The position numbers were made by a program, and so were the translations under genes. Source: Candidatus Levyibacteriota bacterium (GTDB lineage Bacteria; Patescibacteriota; Microgenomatia; Levybacterales; UBA12049). From it: 64,000 nt of DNA. Location of the stretch: assembly GCA_027334565.1 (NCBI GenBank), contig DAHWUP010000004.1, positions 15,138-79,137 of the forward strand, in the 5' to 3' direction. The notes below the pieces were generated by a model. The model did not search any database. It saw only the letters and a list, made by a program, of their open reading frames with translations, and had not been told where the DNA came from. This document shows, in pieces, positions 19,625 through 29,320 of the stretch. Every line of letters starts with the position of its first letter. Within the stretch, counting starts at the first letter, position 1.

Positions 19625-22054
19625 ATGAAATTGGACGGAATAAGGCAAAAGGTTTTTTTAGACAGATACAGCTTAAAAGACTCAAAAGGAAATCCCATGG
19701 AAAAAACTGCGGGTGAGATGTGGAGAAGGGTTGCCAGAGGAATCGCCAGCGTAGAAAAGCCCAAAGATCGTAAAAACTGGGAAAAGAAATTCTACGATGT
19801 GATGGAAGATTTTAAATTCTTACCCGGCGGAAGGATACTGGCCGGCGCAGGAACCGGCTTCGACGTTACTTATTATAATTGCTTCGTAATCCCCAATCCC
19901 CCCGACTCCAGAGGTGGAATAATGAATAACCTGACCCAGATGATCGAGATCATGGCTCACGGCGGCGGAGTCGGACTTAACCTTTCTTCTTTAAGACCCA
20001 GGGGAGCCAGGGTTAAAAAGGTCAATGGTTTTTCTTCCGGTCCCCTAAATTGGGCAGAACTTTATTCTCTGGCGACCAAAGACATAGTCCAGCAGGGAGG
20101 TTCAAGAAGGGGCGCTTTGATGCTAATGCTCCACGACTGGCACCCCGATATAGAAGAATTTATTACGGTAAAACAGGACCTTAGCAAAATTAACGGGGCC
20201 AACCTTTCGGTTTGCGTTTCCGACACTTTTATGAATGCCGTAAAACGCGACGAAGACTGGGATTTGGTTTTCCCCGACCTCAATGACAAAAGGTACGACA
20301 AGAAATGGAACGGAGATATTGACGAGTGGAAAAAACTGGGGGGAAAAACCGAAGTTAAAAAAACCGTTAAAGCACGATACCTTTGGGATTTGATTTGCAC
20401 CGCCGCTTGGAAATCGGCAGAACCGGGACTCCATTTCCTAGAAAGAAGTAACAAACGTTCAAACACCTGGTATTTTGAAAAATTGATTGCCACCAACCCC
20501 TGCGGAGAGCAGCCATTATCAGGCTGGGCGGTTTGCAATCTTGGTGCCATGAATCTGTCGGCGTATGTCAAAAACAGGAAATTTGATTATGTAAACTTTG
20601 CCAAAGACGTTCAAGTGGCGGTCAGGTTCCTGGATAACGTCATTGACGACACCCATTATTTCTATAAGGAAAATGAAAAGGTAGCCAAGGATATCAGAAG
20701 ACAAGGGTTGGGAATTATGGGTCTGGCGGATGCTTTGATTAAAATGGAAATCAAATATGGAAGCGATGAGTCGCTTAAGGTAATCGAGAAAATATTCAAA
20801 ACCTTAAGGGATAATGCCTATATTTCCTCTTCGGATATCGCGGCGGAAAAAGGATCGTTCCCCAAGTACAGCCAAGAAAAATACCTTAACGGCTGGTTTA
20901 TTAAAAGATTGCCGGAAGAGGTGAGGAAAAAAATCGCCAAACAGGGAATCAGAAACGCCGTGATTCTAACGATCGCTCCGACCGGTACGACCGGGCTCTT
21001 GGCGGGAGCTTCCTCGGGAATAGAACCGGTTTATGAATTCGAGTTTATCAGGCGTGACAGGCTTGGCGAACACCAAATGTACCATCCGCTTTTTGATGAA
21101 TGGAAAAAAGCTCATCCGAACGAACAAAAGCCAGACTATTTCGTTTCGGCAAACGACTTAACCCCCGAAAATCACGTCAAGGTTCAGGCGATCGCCCAAG
21201 AATATATTGATTCATCCATCTCCAAAACCGTCAACGCTCCTAAAACCCATACGGTTGAGGATGTCAAAAGACTATATGAAATGGCCCATGACATGGGTCT
21301 GAAGGGCATTACCTATATGCGCGACGGTTCAAGGGAGGGAGTACTGTCAAGAAAGGAAGATAAAAAAGAAGAACAAACAGTTATACCGCAAACCACGCTT
21401 CCGGTAATGCCGAGACCGGTAATGGTTGAGGGGGTTACTTATCAATCCGAAACCCCGGTCGGAAAAACCTTCATTACAATCAACCATAACGAGAACAACG
21501 AACCGTTCGAGGTATTTATTACCGTCGGAAAGTCGGGATCGGATGTTACCGCCATGGCGGATGCATTGGGTCGCATGATTTCGTTAAACTTAAGGCTTAA
21601 TGGCTCGCTTTCACCCAGAGAAAGAGTGAGGCAAATTGTCGCACAACTGATCGGTATCGGTGGGGCAAGGGCGGTTGGTTTTGGAGCGAACAAAGTGTTA
21701 TCGCTCCCGGACGCAGTTGCCAAAGTTTTGTCCAAGCACTTTGAGTTCAGGGTAAACGGAGTGGTCGAGGATAGGCCGAGAATCGTTAACACCGGTGGTA
21801 ACGGACATTCAAACGGCGCAACCACCGGGACCGTGGCCATAACCCACGCCCCGGTTCCAGCCGACCTGGACGCTCCGAATGAAGAAATAGTTAAAATCCA
21901 ACAATTGACGCTTCAAACGCCCCAAGGGACACTGTCTGCTACTGAAGGTACGGCAACGGGACTTTATGACATCTGCCCCGACTGTGGCGCGGCAAGCCTT
22001 GCATACGAAGAAGGCTGCAAAAAATGCTACTCCTGCGGTTATTCCGAGTGCTGA
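19625..22054 (+). CDS. nrdJ: Class II adenosylcobalamin-dependent ribonucleotide reductase
   Basis: NCFV, TNPCGEQ, CNLG, IAPTGT, SISKTVN; C-terminal TSCPD-like domain and CPDC...CYSCGYSEC. Confidence 0.93.
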   Translation: MKLDGIRQKVFLDRYSLKDSKGNPMEKTAGEMWRRVARGIASVEKPKDRKNWEKKFYDVMEDFKFLPGGRILAGAGTGFDVTYYNCFVIPNPPDSRGGIMNNLTQMIEIMAHGGGVGLNLSSLRPRGARVKKVNGFSSGPLNWAELYSLATKDIVQQGGSRRGALMLMLHDWHPDIEEFITVKQDLSKINGANLSVCVSDTFMNAVKRDEDWDLVFPDLNDKRYDKKWNGDIDEWKKLGGKTEVKKTVKARYLWDLICTAAWKSAEPGLHFLERSNKRSNTWYFEKLIATNPCGEQPLSGWAVCNLGAMNLSAYVKNRKFDYVNFAKDVQVAVRFLDNVIDDTHYFYKENEKVAKDIRRQGLGIMGLADALIKMEIKYGSDESLKVIEKIFKTLRDNAYISSSDIAAEKGSFPKYSQEKYLNGWFIKRLPEEVRKKIAKQGIRNAVILTIAPTGTTGLLAGASSGIEPVYEFEFIRRDRLGEHQMYHPLFDEWKKAHPNEQKPDYFVSANDLTPENHVKVQAIAQEYIDSSISKTVNAPKTHTVEDVKRLYEMAHDMGLKGITYMRDGSREGVLSRKEDKKEEQTVIPQTTLPVMPRPVMVEGVTYQSETPVGKTFITINHNENNEPFEVFITVGKSGSDVTAMADALGRMISLNLRLNGSLSPRERVRQIVAQLIGIGGARAVGFGANKVLSLPDAVAKVLSKHFEFRVNGVVEDRPRIVNTGGNGHSNGATTGTVAITHAPVPADLDAPNEEIVKIQQLTLQTPQGTLSATEGTATGLYDICPDCGAASLAYEEGCKKCYSCGYSEC

Positions 22055-22101
22055 TTCATTAAAAAGGATAAAATAGGGACAATTCTTATTGTTAAAATAT
22101 T

Positions 22102-22647
22102 ATGTCCATTTATACGAAATTTGGCGATAAAGGAAAGACAAGTTTATTTGCAGGAAGGGTCGTTTCCAAATCAAGCGTAAGGGTTAACACCTATGGGTCG
22201 CTGGACGAACTCAATAGTTATCTGGGGGTCATCTTATCCAAGATAAAAAACAAAAAGATTAGGCAAGAGTTAACACTGGTCCAAAACGATTTGTTTGAAA
22301 TAGGCGCATATCTTGCCAACCTTTCTTATAGCAAAGGACAGGCGCTTGATAAATATTTAGAAAAAAGGGTTTCGCAGTTTGAAAAAGAGATTGACACGTT
22401 AACGAACACAATGCCACCTCTTAAAAATTTCATTTTACCGGGAGGTTCCGAGACCGGCGCTAATTTGCATTTTTCCAGGACCTTAACCAGGAGGGCGGAA
22501 AGGCGCGTCGTCGAACTTTCGGAAAAAGAAAAAGTAAGCCCGAAGGTACTGATATACATGAACAGACTTTCGGACCTGCTTTTTACTTTTGCTAGATTTA
22601 TAAATAAAGAAAATAAAGTTAAAGAAATTATTTGGTCGTCACGATAG
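22102..22647 (+). CDS. pduO: PduO-type ATP:cob(I)alamin adenosyltransferase
   Basis: IYTKFGDKGKT, YGSLDELNS, FILPGG, RRAERR, NRLSDLLF. Confidence 0.93.
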   Translation: MSIYTKFGDKGKTSLFAGRVVSKSSVRVNTYGSLDELNSYLGVILSKIKNKKIRQELTLVQNDLFEIGAYLANLSYSKGQALDKYLEKRVSQFEKEIDTLTNTMPPLKNFILPGGSETGANLHFSRTLTRRAERRVVELSEKEKVSPKVLIYMNRLSDLLFTFARFINKENKVKEIIWSSR

Positions 22648-22654
22648 AATAATT

Positions 22655-22720
22655 TCTTCGGGTGAAAGCCGGTGTAATCCCGGCGCTGTGCCGCAACTGT
22701 AAAGCCAGAGCCCCGTAAAA
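22655..22720 (+). promoter_or_regulatory. Cobalamin riboswitch (minimal form)
   Basis: CGGGTGAAAGCCGGTGTAATCCCGGCGCTGTGCCGCAACTGTAAAGCCAGAGCCCCG matches the B12-element core (GCCGG/CCGGC hairpin, CCGCAACTGT, AGCCAGA) with CGGG/CCCG closing stem. Confidence 0.85.
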
Positions 22721-22753
22721 AATCTTCCGAGCAGAAGTATGTTTTTAATATAC

Positions 22754-22779
22754 AACTCCTCGGAATTTGAGGAGTTTTT
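22754..22779 (+). terminator. Expression-platform hairpin (terminator and/or SD sequestrator)
   Basis: AACTCCTC-GGAATTT-GAGGAGTT then TTT; the 3' arm is the GAGGAG SD just before ATG 22780. Confidence 0.75.
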
Positions 22780-23934
22780 ATGTATTTGGAAACATCAAGG
22801 CATTATGATTTTCAACAACCCGGGCATGAAACGCAGGGCTTACCCCGTTCGCCTCTTGCCTACGATCCGACCCTAGACTTTTCATATTATCATGCGCTTT
22901 CGGAAGGAAAACTCAATATAGGTAAGGATGACCTTGATGCATACATCAAGCGGCAATTGGTAACCAATTTAAGCGAAAGGTTTGATATGCCCCTAAGCGT
23001 TACCAACTATAAAATAAGAGACGGACAAATTTACGGAGAAAATACCGATTTGCCGTTTACGGAAATGATTAAGCGGGGAATAGACCACCGACAAAAATAC
23101 GGAAATCCCTTAGATTTCTCAAGAGAAGAAGCAGAGCTTACGGGATTTTTAAAAGTCCAGGCGGTATTGACAGACCCTAAAACTCCTTTGGGCACCGTAA
23201 TGATATCGGTTTCACCAAGAGGACAAGAGGGATCATCCTATCAACATAATTTTGTGGACGGGATGGAAGTAAAAGAGGATGAAACAGGCTCCAGGTTTAT
23301 TGAGTCAACCAGATACGGTTCGTCATTAACCTTGAGCGAATTTTCGGACAGGTTGAATCAACTAGGTGAAATGAACGCGTACGATGGAGCAAACGATGCT
23401 TATTTTCTTTCACACCCGTTACGGGTAAATGGAATTTCGAAACAACAAGTGCGCTCGTTATTTGCGAACGAAGACGGAAAAGTCACGGATGATGAATTTG
23501 ATTTTATCCTGCAGCAGTCGGCGCCTGTTTGGGAGCATTATCGCAAAACCATGGCCGATTTGGATCTTGAAAATGCACTACTTAGTTTTAACGCCGGCCT
23601 GAATATAGCGGATGAGGCGCTGAAAACTTATCGGGGGGGGAAAGGGACTGGTCTTAGAAGCGGTAACCTTAACGAAATAATTGATGTCTATGGCAGGATC
23701 CCGGTTAGACAGGTAATGGTAGGGTGCGGTTCTTCTTCGGGATTTGATATTCCAAACGGTCCGGTAAATGCGTTAAGGCAAAATTCGCCCTTCAGCGTTT
23801 CGGAATTTGGTAAATTAACCGATCGATATGGGGAAAGGTCGTTTGATTGTCCGCATTGTGGTTGGAAAAATTCCCGCCCCGAAAACCAGCTGGTTGAAAA
23901 ATGTAGCCATTGCGGCGGAAGCGTCAGATGCTGA
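22780..23934 (+). CDS. Hypothetical protein with C-terminal Zn ribbon (CPHC...CSHC), downstream of B12 riboswitch
   Basis: 384-aa ORF with SD; two CxxC pairs plus terminal Cys; GCG motif; no TM or signal peptide seen. Confidence 0.75.
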   Translation: MYLETSRHYDFQQPGHETQGLPRSPLAYDPTLDFSYYHALSEGKLNIGKDDLDAYIKRQLVTNLSERFDMPLSVTNYKIRDGQIYGENTDLPFTEMIKRGIDHRQKYGNPLDFSREEAELTGFLKVQAVLTDPKTPLGTVMISVSPRGQEGSSYQHNFVDGMEVKEDETGSRFIESTRYGSSLTLSEFSDRLNQLGEMNAYDGANDAYFLSHPLRVNGISKQQVRSLFANEDGKVTDDEFDFILQQSAPVWEHYRKTMADLDLENALLSFNAGLNIADEALKTYRGGKGTGLRSGNLNEIIDVYGRIPVRQVMVGCGSSSGFDIPNGPVNALRQNSPFSVSEFGKLTDRYGERSFDCPHCGWKNSRPENQLVEKCSHCGGSVRC

Positions 23935-23997
23935 CCGGTGATGTTTTGAAGGTGAATTTTAATTGTCCTTTAAGTGTAATAATGGTATCATATGCGT

Positions 23998-24507
23998 ATG
24001 GATAACACTGCCCAGACCAATCAATCGAATATTCAGGAAAGTTCTAATATTCAACCGAGCCAGTCTTCCAAGACCCAGCAGCCGGTGCCACAGCAACCGG
24101 CTACGCCTGTTGCATCTTCCAACAAAGAATTGGAAAAAAGCAGCGCATTTTCGGAAATAGTCAAACCTTCGGAGGAGGAAGTAAAGGTTGAGGAGGAATT
24201 GAAAAATGTCGGCGTTGTTGTTAATTCCGATAAACCGAAGCTGGATAAGGTTCATGAGCAAATCGGGGTTAAGGCCTCCGCCGAAAGCGTTTCGGTTAGC
24301 ACGTCTCCCCCGGCGAATATTACATTGCCTTTAAGCGAAGAGGAAGCGGACAGTGTCTTGAAAACCAAACAATCAAAATTCCATCTGCAGGAAAACGTGG
24401 GCGAGTTTGCGGGAGAATATACCGAGGACTCACTCCCTTTTTTGGCTGCGCTGGTTGTAAAAGTATTCAAGGAAATGCATAAGAAAATATTCAGAAGAAA
24501 AAAATAA
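23998..24507 (+). CDS. Hypothetical protein, low-complexity N-terminus
   Basis: TGG-TATCAT 6 nt before ATG 23998; coupled to the next gene. Confidence 0.65.
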   Translation: MDNTAQTNQSNIQESSNIQPSQSSKTQQPVPQQPATPVASSNKELEKSSAFSEIVKPSEEEVKVEEELKNVGVVVNSDKPKLDKVHEQIGVKASAESVSVSTSPPANITLPLSEEEADSVLKTKQSKFHLQENVGEFAGEYTEDSLPFLAALVVKVFKEMHKKIFRRKK

Positions 24508-24508
24508 A

Positions 24509-26881
24509 ATGGGCAGTTCATATATTTATTCCAATATTAACAATCTATTGACGGCGCTGGTTTTAGCGGTGGTTATTCTTGCGGTTACGGCGGGATTGAT
24601 ACTGGGAGGATTATATCTTTTTCTCATCTGGTATAAAAACAGGGACAGGGAACAGCAGTCGTTGGATTCTACTTTGCTTCAAGTTTTGGTTCCGCGGGAC
24701 AACGAAGTAAAAATCGACGCAGCAGAACAATTATTTTCAAGCCTAACCGGAGTCAGAACTCACGGAATGTTCGCATTTTTAAAAAATCCCCCACATATTT
24801 CTTTTGAAATCGTCGGGATGCCCGAAGATATCAGGTTCTATATATATACTCCCAATAAATACCGTGATATTGTAGAAAAACAAATCAACGCTTCCTACCC
24901 CGATGCGGAAATAAGGGTGGTTGATGAGAAGCAGGCAAAGGAAGGGTTCATCATCGGAAACGAATATAATATTTTTAGTAAGGAGGGAAAAGTCGCTTTT
25001 GCTTCACTCAAGCTCAAGGATTCTAACTATAAACCGCTTAAGATGTACAAGGATTTTGCGGTCGATCCGATGGCTTCAATGACCTCGGTTCTGGCGAAAA
25101 TGAGTCAGGGGGAGGGCGCAGCGATTCAGATTTTGGTATCAGGAGCCGATTCTAAATGGAGCAAATCGGGAAGAAGCTATATTGCTACCACCAAGAAAAG
25201 CGAATCCAACCCCGAAACCGCCAAGTATTCATCCGATCCCAAAGAGCTTGAGGGAATTGAGAATAAGATTTCAAAACCGGGTTTTTATTCCGTGATAAGA
25301 ATCGTAGTTTCCTCAATGTCTCAGGAAGCGGCCAGTGCACACCTTGAAAATATATTAACGGCCTTTACCCAGTTTGACGGCACCAACTCTTTAACTAAAA
25401 ACAAACATTGGCTTAAAGGGGGATTCATCCAGGACTTTGTTTACAGGTATTTTCCTACCCGTGGCAACCTTTCGGTCTTAACCAGCGAAGAGTTGGCCGG
25501 CGTTTTCCATCTGCCTAACAAAAGCGTTACCACACCGCACATTGAGTGGATCAATGCCAAACGGGCGCCGGCCCCGGCACAAATTCCATCATCCGGGCTT
25601 TATCTTGGAATGAGCACCTTTAGGGGGATTGCCAAACCGGTGTATGTCCAGGAAGACGATAGAAGAAGACATATGTATATTATCGGTAAAACTGGTGTCG
25701 GAAAGTCGGAATTATTAAAACAAATGATCGTTCAGGATGTCAATGAAGGCAAGGGCATCGGTGTAATAGACCCGCACGGGGATCTGATCGAGGATATCTT
25801 AAAACTGATCCCGCCGCAGCGGGCCGAAGATGTAATTTTGTTCGACCCCTCGGATACCGAAAGACCGGCTGGTTTAAATATGCTCGAGGCGCAGACAGAA
25901 CAGGAGAAACATTATATCGTATCTTCGATCGTTGGATTAATGTACAAACTGTATGACCCCAATAAAACCGGGATTATCGGGCCGAGGTTTGAGCACGCGA
26001 TCAGAAATGCCATGCTTACCGTGATGTACGAACCGGGTAGCACTTTTATCGAGGTGGTCAGGGCTTTAACCGATGCATCCTTTGTCCAGGAACTTTTACC
26101 TAAAGTCACCGATCCGATCGTCAGACGCTACTGGACCGATCAGATTGCGCAAACCAGCGATTTTCATAAATCCGAAGTTTTAGATTATATTGTTTCGAAA
26201 TTCGGTCGTTTCGTCACGAATAAAATGATGCGAAACATCATCGGTCAGTCCAAATCCGCTTTTGACTTTAGAAAAGTAATGGATGAGGGAAAAATACTTT
26301 TGGTCAATCTCTCCAAAGGGAAAATCGGTGAGGAGAACTCAAGTTTTTTGGGTTTGGTGATGGTACCGAAAATTCTGGTTGCAGCCATGAGCAGACAGGA
26401 CGTTCCACAGGAACAAAGGAGGGATTTTTATCTATATGTCGACGAGTTCCAGAATTTTGCTACCCCCGATTTCGCGCAGATCCTTTCGGAAGCCAGGAAA
26501 TACCGTCTTAATCTGATTGTCGCCAACCAGTTCATCGGGCAAATGGAGGAGGAGGTCAAAAATGCCATCTTTGGGAATGTCGGGACGATCATGTCGTTTA
26601 GGGTGGGCGTCACCGATGCAAACTACCTTCAGCATGAGTTCCAGCCGACCTTTACCGAAGCGGATCTTATCAATGTCGATGTCTATAATGCTTTTGTCAA
26701 AACCATTGTCAACAACGAACCGGTCACCCCGTTTTCTATCGATACCACCAAAGATATGACCAAGGAAAAAGGGATGGAGAACCCAAGGGTAGCGGAACTG
26801 ATCAGGGAGCTTTCAAGGTTAAAATACGGAAAAGATGTCGTCAACCTCGAGGCGCAGATCGCACAAAGAGCAAGACTTTAA
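24509..26881 (+). CDS. Membrane-anchored VirB4/TraG/HerA-like (DUF87) ATPase
   Basis: N-terminal TM, Walker A GKTGVGKS, IDPHGD, Walker B YVDEFQNF, SEARKY, ANQF. Confidence 0.85.
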   Translation: MGSSYIYSNINNLLTALVLAVVILAVTAGLILGGLYLFLIWYKNRDREQQSLDSTLLQVLVPRDNEVKIDAAEQLFSSLTGVRTHGMFAFLKNPPHISFEIVGMPEDIRFYIYTPNKYRDIVEKQINASYPDAEIRVVDEKQAKEGFIIGNEYNIFSKEGKVAFASLKLKDSNYKPLKMYKDFAVDPMASMTSVLAKMSQGEGAAIQILVSGADSKWSKSGRSYIATTKKSESNPETAKYSSDPKELEGIENKISKPGFYSVIRIVVSSMSQEAASAHLENILTAFTQFDGTNSLTKNKHWLKGGFIQDFVYRYFPTRGNLSVLTSEELAGVFHLPNKSVTTPHIEWINAKRAPAPAQIPSSGLYLGMSTFRGIAKPVYVQEDDRRRHMYIIGKTGVGKSELLKQMIVQDVNEGKGIGVIDPHGDLIEDILKLIPPQRAEDVILFDPSDTERPAGLNMLEAQTEQEKHYIVSSIVGLMYKLYDPNKTGIIGPRFEHAIRNAMLTVMYEPGSTFIEVVRALTDASFVQELLPKVTDPIVRRYWTDQIAQTSDFHKSEVLDYIVSKFGRFVTNKMMRNIIGQSKSAFDFRKVMDEGKILLVNLSKGKIGEENSSFLGLVMVPKILVAAMSRQDVPQEQRRDFYLYVDEFQNFATPDFAQILSEARKYRLNLIVANQFIGQMEEEVKNAIFGNVGTIMSFRVGVTDANYLQHEFQPTFTEADLINVDVYNAFVKTIVNNEPVTPFSIDTTKDMTKEKGMENPRVAELIRELSRLKYGKDVVNLEAQIAQRARL

Positions 26882-26908
26882 GTTTCCGCTTTGCTATAAT
26901 CATGGCAA

Positions 26909-26980
26909 GCGTCCATAGCTCAGCGGTAGAGCGCTACTCTTATAAAGTAGATGTCCTTGGTCCGAATCCAAGTGGACGCA
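26909..26980 (+). tRNA. tRNA-Ile, anticodon TAT (UAU)
   Basis: Acceptor GCGTCCA/TGGACGC, discriminator A; D-arm GCTC/GAGC; anticodon arm CTACT-CTTATAA-AGTAG; T-arm CTTGG-TCCGAAT-CCAAG; TGC-TATAAT upstream. Confidence 0.9.
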
Positions 26981-27185
26981 CTTTCGGTTAATGTTATTAG
27001 ACAAAGCTATCGGTTTAAAAAAGACTTTTGCGCACCGGTCATTTTCCGGTTCGCGGATTTCATAAGATTATAACGTAAATTTCCTTCTAGGAAGAACATT
27101 TCAGTTCCTCCATGAAAATGGTCCCACAAAGCGAATCCTTCAGGATTTTTAAGTTTTATAACAGTTTTTTAACCGAGGAACGAAT

Positions 27186-28046
27186 TTACAATTCGGTCAG
27201 CGTGGAGGTTTCTTTGCCCCGGTCGGGAACATACTGAAGGTATCTTTCGGTGGTAGAAAGCCTTTTATGACCCAAAACCTTGGACAAAACTACCAAGGAG
27301 ACGCCGTGTTTTAAGTGGTGGGCAACAAAGGTGTGTCTTAAATCGTTAACTTTAGCGTCTTTGATTTCCGCCAGCCTAAAGTATCTTTCTACCGCGGTCC
27401 TGATGTTTCTTATCAAAAACGGTTTTCCGCTTTTTGTAACGAAGACGTGATCGTCCGAAACTTTTGGTCTTATTTCCAGATACCTGTCAAGTGCGCTCTG
27501 GGCACTTTTGTTTAACGGGACATTTCTTTCTTCATGTTTTTCAAAGGGGGAGATATGCAGAGAATCTTTTAATATATCCGAAAGCCTAAGATTTGCCAGT
27601 TCCCCGATCCTGATTCCGGTTTGAAGTAAAAGCTCGATTACCGCGAACATCCGCGAATCATTTCTGGCAGCATCCCTTAAAGCCCTGTATTCGGTAGGCG
27701 TCAAAATTCTGGGCGGTGCAAGTTGGTACTTAGGGTGCGCAACCAAAAGTGAAGGATCATCCGTGATATATTCGTTGACTTTTAAAAATCTGTAAAACGT
27801 TCTGGTCGAGTTGATTTTTCTGGAGACAGACTTTGGGGTATAACCTTCCTTGCCTAATTTGGCCAAAAAGGCTTGGATATCTTCGGTCGACACCTCATGG
27901 ATATTGTTTTTCTTTAATTCTTCCAAAAAAGTAATCAGCTGGTCGACATCCTTACCATAAGCAACCACCGTCGAAGCCGACTTTTGGTTTTGCTTTAAAA
28001 AATTCTTAAATTCCTCATGGGCATTTCTTAATGTCACCGGTTTCAT
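27186..28046 (-). CDS. XerC/XerD-type tyrosine recombinase
   Basis: N-terminal SAM-like domain; TGIRIGEL, DLRH (HxxR variant), LGH, catalytic Y in TTERY. Confidence 0.88.
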   Translation of the reverse strand: MKPVTLRNAHEEFKNFLKQNQKSASTVVAYGKDVDQLITFLEELKKNNIHEVSTEDIQAFLAKLGKEGYTPKSVSRKINSTRTFYRFLKVNEYITDDPSLLVAHPKYQLAPPRILTPTEYRALRDAARNDSRMFAVIELLLQTGIRIGELANLRLSDILKDSLHISPFEKHEERNVPLNKSAQSALDRYLEIRPKVSDDHVFVTKSGKPFLIRNIRTAVERYFRLAEIKDAKVNDLRHTFVAHHLKHGVSLVVLSKVLGHKRLSTTERYLQYVPDRGKETSTLTEL

Positions 28047-28169
28047 AACTAAATAAGTTCAAAATATCCCTTACTTCAAAAGGCTATTTAATGTATCCTA
28101 TAATATCACCAATTTTCACAATAGTCAAGCACGAATACCTGCTTAATGTGTTATGATGATATTTGAATT

Positions 28170-28508
28170 ATGAAAAAGCTGGGATTTGTATTATTGGTTA
28201 TAGTACTTTTGCTGATCGTCAACGGTTTGGTTCATTCCATCTTCGATTTGTGGCAAAAACAAAGCCTATTGACTCAAGCGCAACAAGAGCTAAACGCACA
28301 AAAGCTTAAAAACACCAAGTTAAAAGCAGAACTTTCTTACGTACAAAGCCCTCAGTTTATTAACCAGACGGCCCGAAACGAACTTTTCCTGTCAAAGCCC
28401 GGAGAACAGCAAGTGATAATTGAGAATCAGACACCCAATTCAAGTAGGCCTGCGGCAACCGTGGATAATCGTCCGAATTGGCAAAAGTGGCTTCAGTTAT
28501 TTTTCTAA
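28170..28508 (+). CDS. Septum formation initiator (FtsB/DivIC family)
   Basis: TM + coiled coil + ARNELFLSKPGE. Confidence 0.8.
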   Translation: MKKLGFVLLVIVLLLIVNGLVHSIFDLWQKQSLLTQAQQELNAQKLKNTKLKAELSYVQSPQFINQTARNELFLSKPGEQQVIIENQTPNSSRPAATVDNRPNWQKWLQLFF

Positions 28509-28538
28509 AGTACTAGGGGCGAGATTCAAATTGTTCAG

Positions 28539-28610
28539 TACCAACGGCTGGATTCGAACCAGCGACTTGACGCTTATGAAACGTCCGCTCTACCCCTGAG
28601 CTACGTTGGC
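28539..28610 (-). tRNA. tRNA with CAT anticodon, probably elongator Met
   Basis: GCCAACG/CGTTGGT acceptor, discriminator A; GACGT-TTCATAA-GCGTC; TTCGAAT. Confidence 0.9.
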
Positions 28611-29288
28611 GTAATCAATTTGGGATAATCCTTCTAATAACCCCATAATTTTACCATAAATCCTTGAAGGCTGCTGGACCCGGACTATAAGCGTACCATA
28701 ATACTCGTTATAATTGGCATATATTTTTTTATTCTGTGCTTTTCTGAATACAGTTTTATTAAAGCGATTTATTGGAATTCCGGTTAACTCCGACCAATAC
28801 CTTTTAATAATAGTATCCCGTTTCTTGTGGATGAGATTAATGCCGACATAACAATATATATCTTTATAATTAATATTTAGGCATTTCTGAAGCCACAAAA
28901 TGAAAAATTTTACTAATTTTGGATCAGAATTACACAGTTCTATTTTTCTTCCTTTTTTGCTTCCTTCTCCCCAATATAAAGCAATACCTGCTATTAACAT
29001 TTCTCTGTTTGTAAGCTTACCGATTTCTTTTATCCCCTGATTCTTATTTTTTTCAAAATTTTTTAACCATCTCTCCTTTTGTAATAATGCACTTTTTAAT
29101 CTGCCGCGCTCTGACCCTAATATGCTTGATTTTCTTAGGTGCTCTAATTGTTCAACCGTTAAAATAATATCCCTTACCCAAATACTTGCTGAGCTTTTAG
29201 ATACCCCGAGTTTTAAAGCAATTTCCTTTACGCTTTTGCCCCGTTTTCGCATCTGACGCGCCTTAATTCTCAATGAATATTTTGCCAT
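28590..29288 (-). CDS. N-terminal HTH + single LAGLIDADG-like domain protein (tRNA-overlapping)
   Basis: HTH SVKEIALKLGVSKSSASIW; AGIALYWGEGSK, NSDP, YWSELTGIP, YYGT; homologous to 307..960. Confidence 0.78.
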   Translation of the reverse strand: MAKYSLRIKARQMRKRGKSVKEIALKLGVSKSSASIWVRDIILTVEQLEHLRKSSILGSERGRLKSALLQKERWLKNFEKNKNQGIKEIGKLTNREMLIAGIALYWGEGSKKGRKIELCNSDPKLVKFFILWLQKCLNINYKDIYCYVGINLIHKKRDTIIKRYWSELTGIPINRFNKTVFRKAQNKKIYANYNEYYGTLIVRVQQPSRIYGKIMGLLEGLSQIDYANVAQG

Positions 29289-29320
29289 ATGAACGAACAG
29301 TAATATTAGTTAATATTTAT

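Noticed and set aside
26980-27080. Possible dif site near the Xer-like gene (CATAAGATTATAACGTAAAT; CTTTCGGTTAATGTTATTAGACAAAG)
   Set aside because: Only partial resemblance; arm spacing and the XerD arm TTATGTTAAAT do not match convincingly.
24509-28046. ICE or prophage suggested by VirB4-like ATPase + tRNA + tyrosine recombinase
   Set aside because: No relaxase, other T4SS or phage genes, and no att repeat of tRNA-Ile seen; both genes look like resident chromosomal genes.
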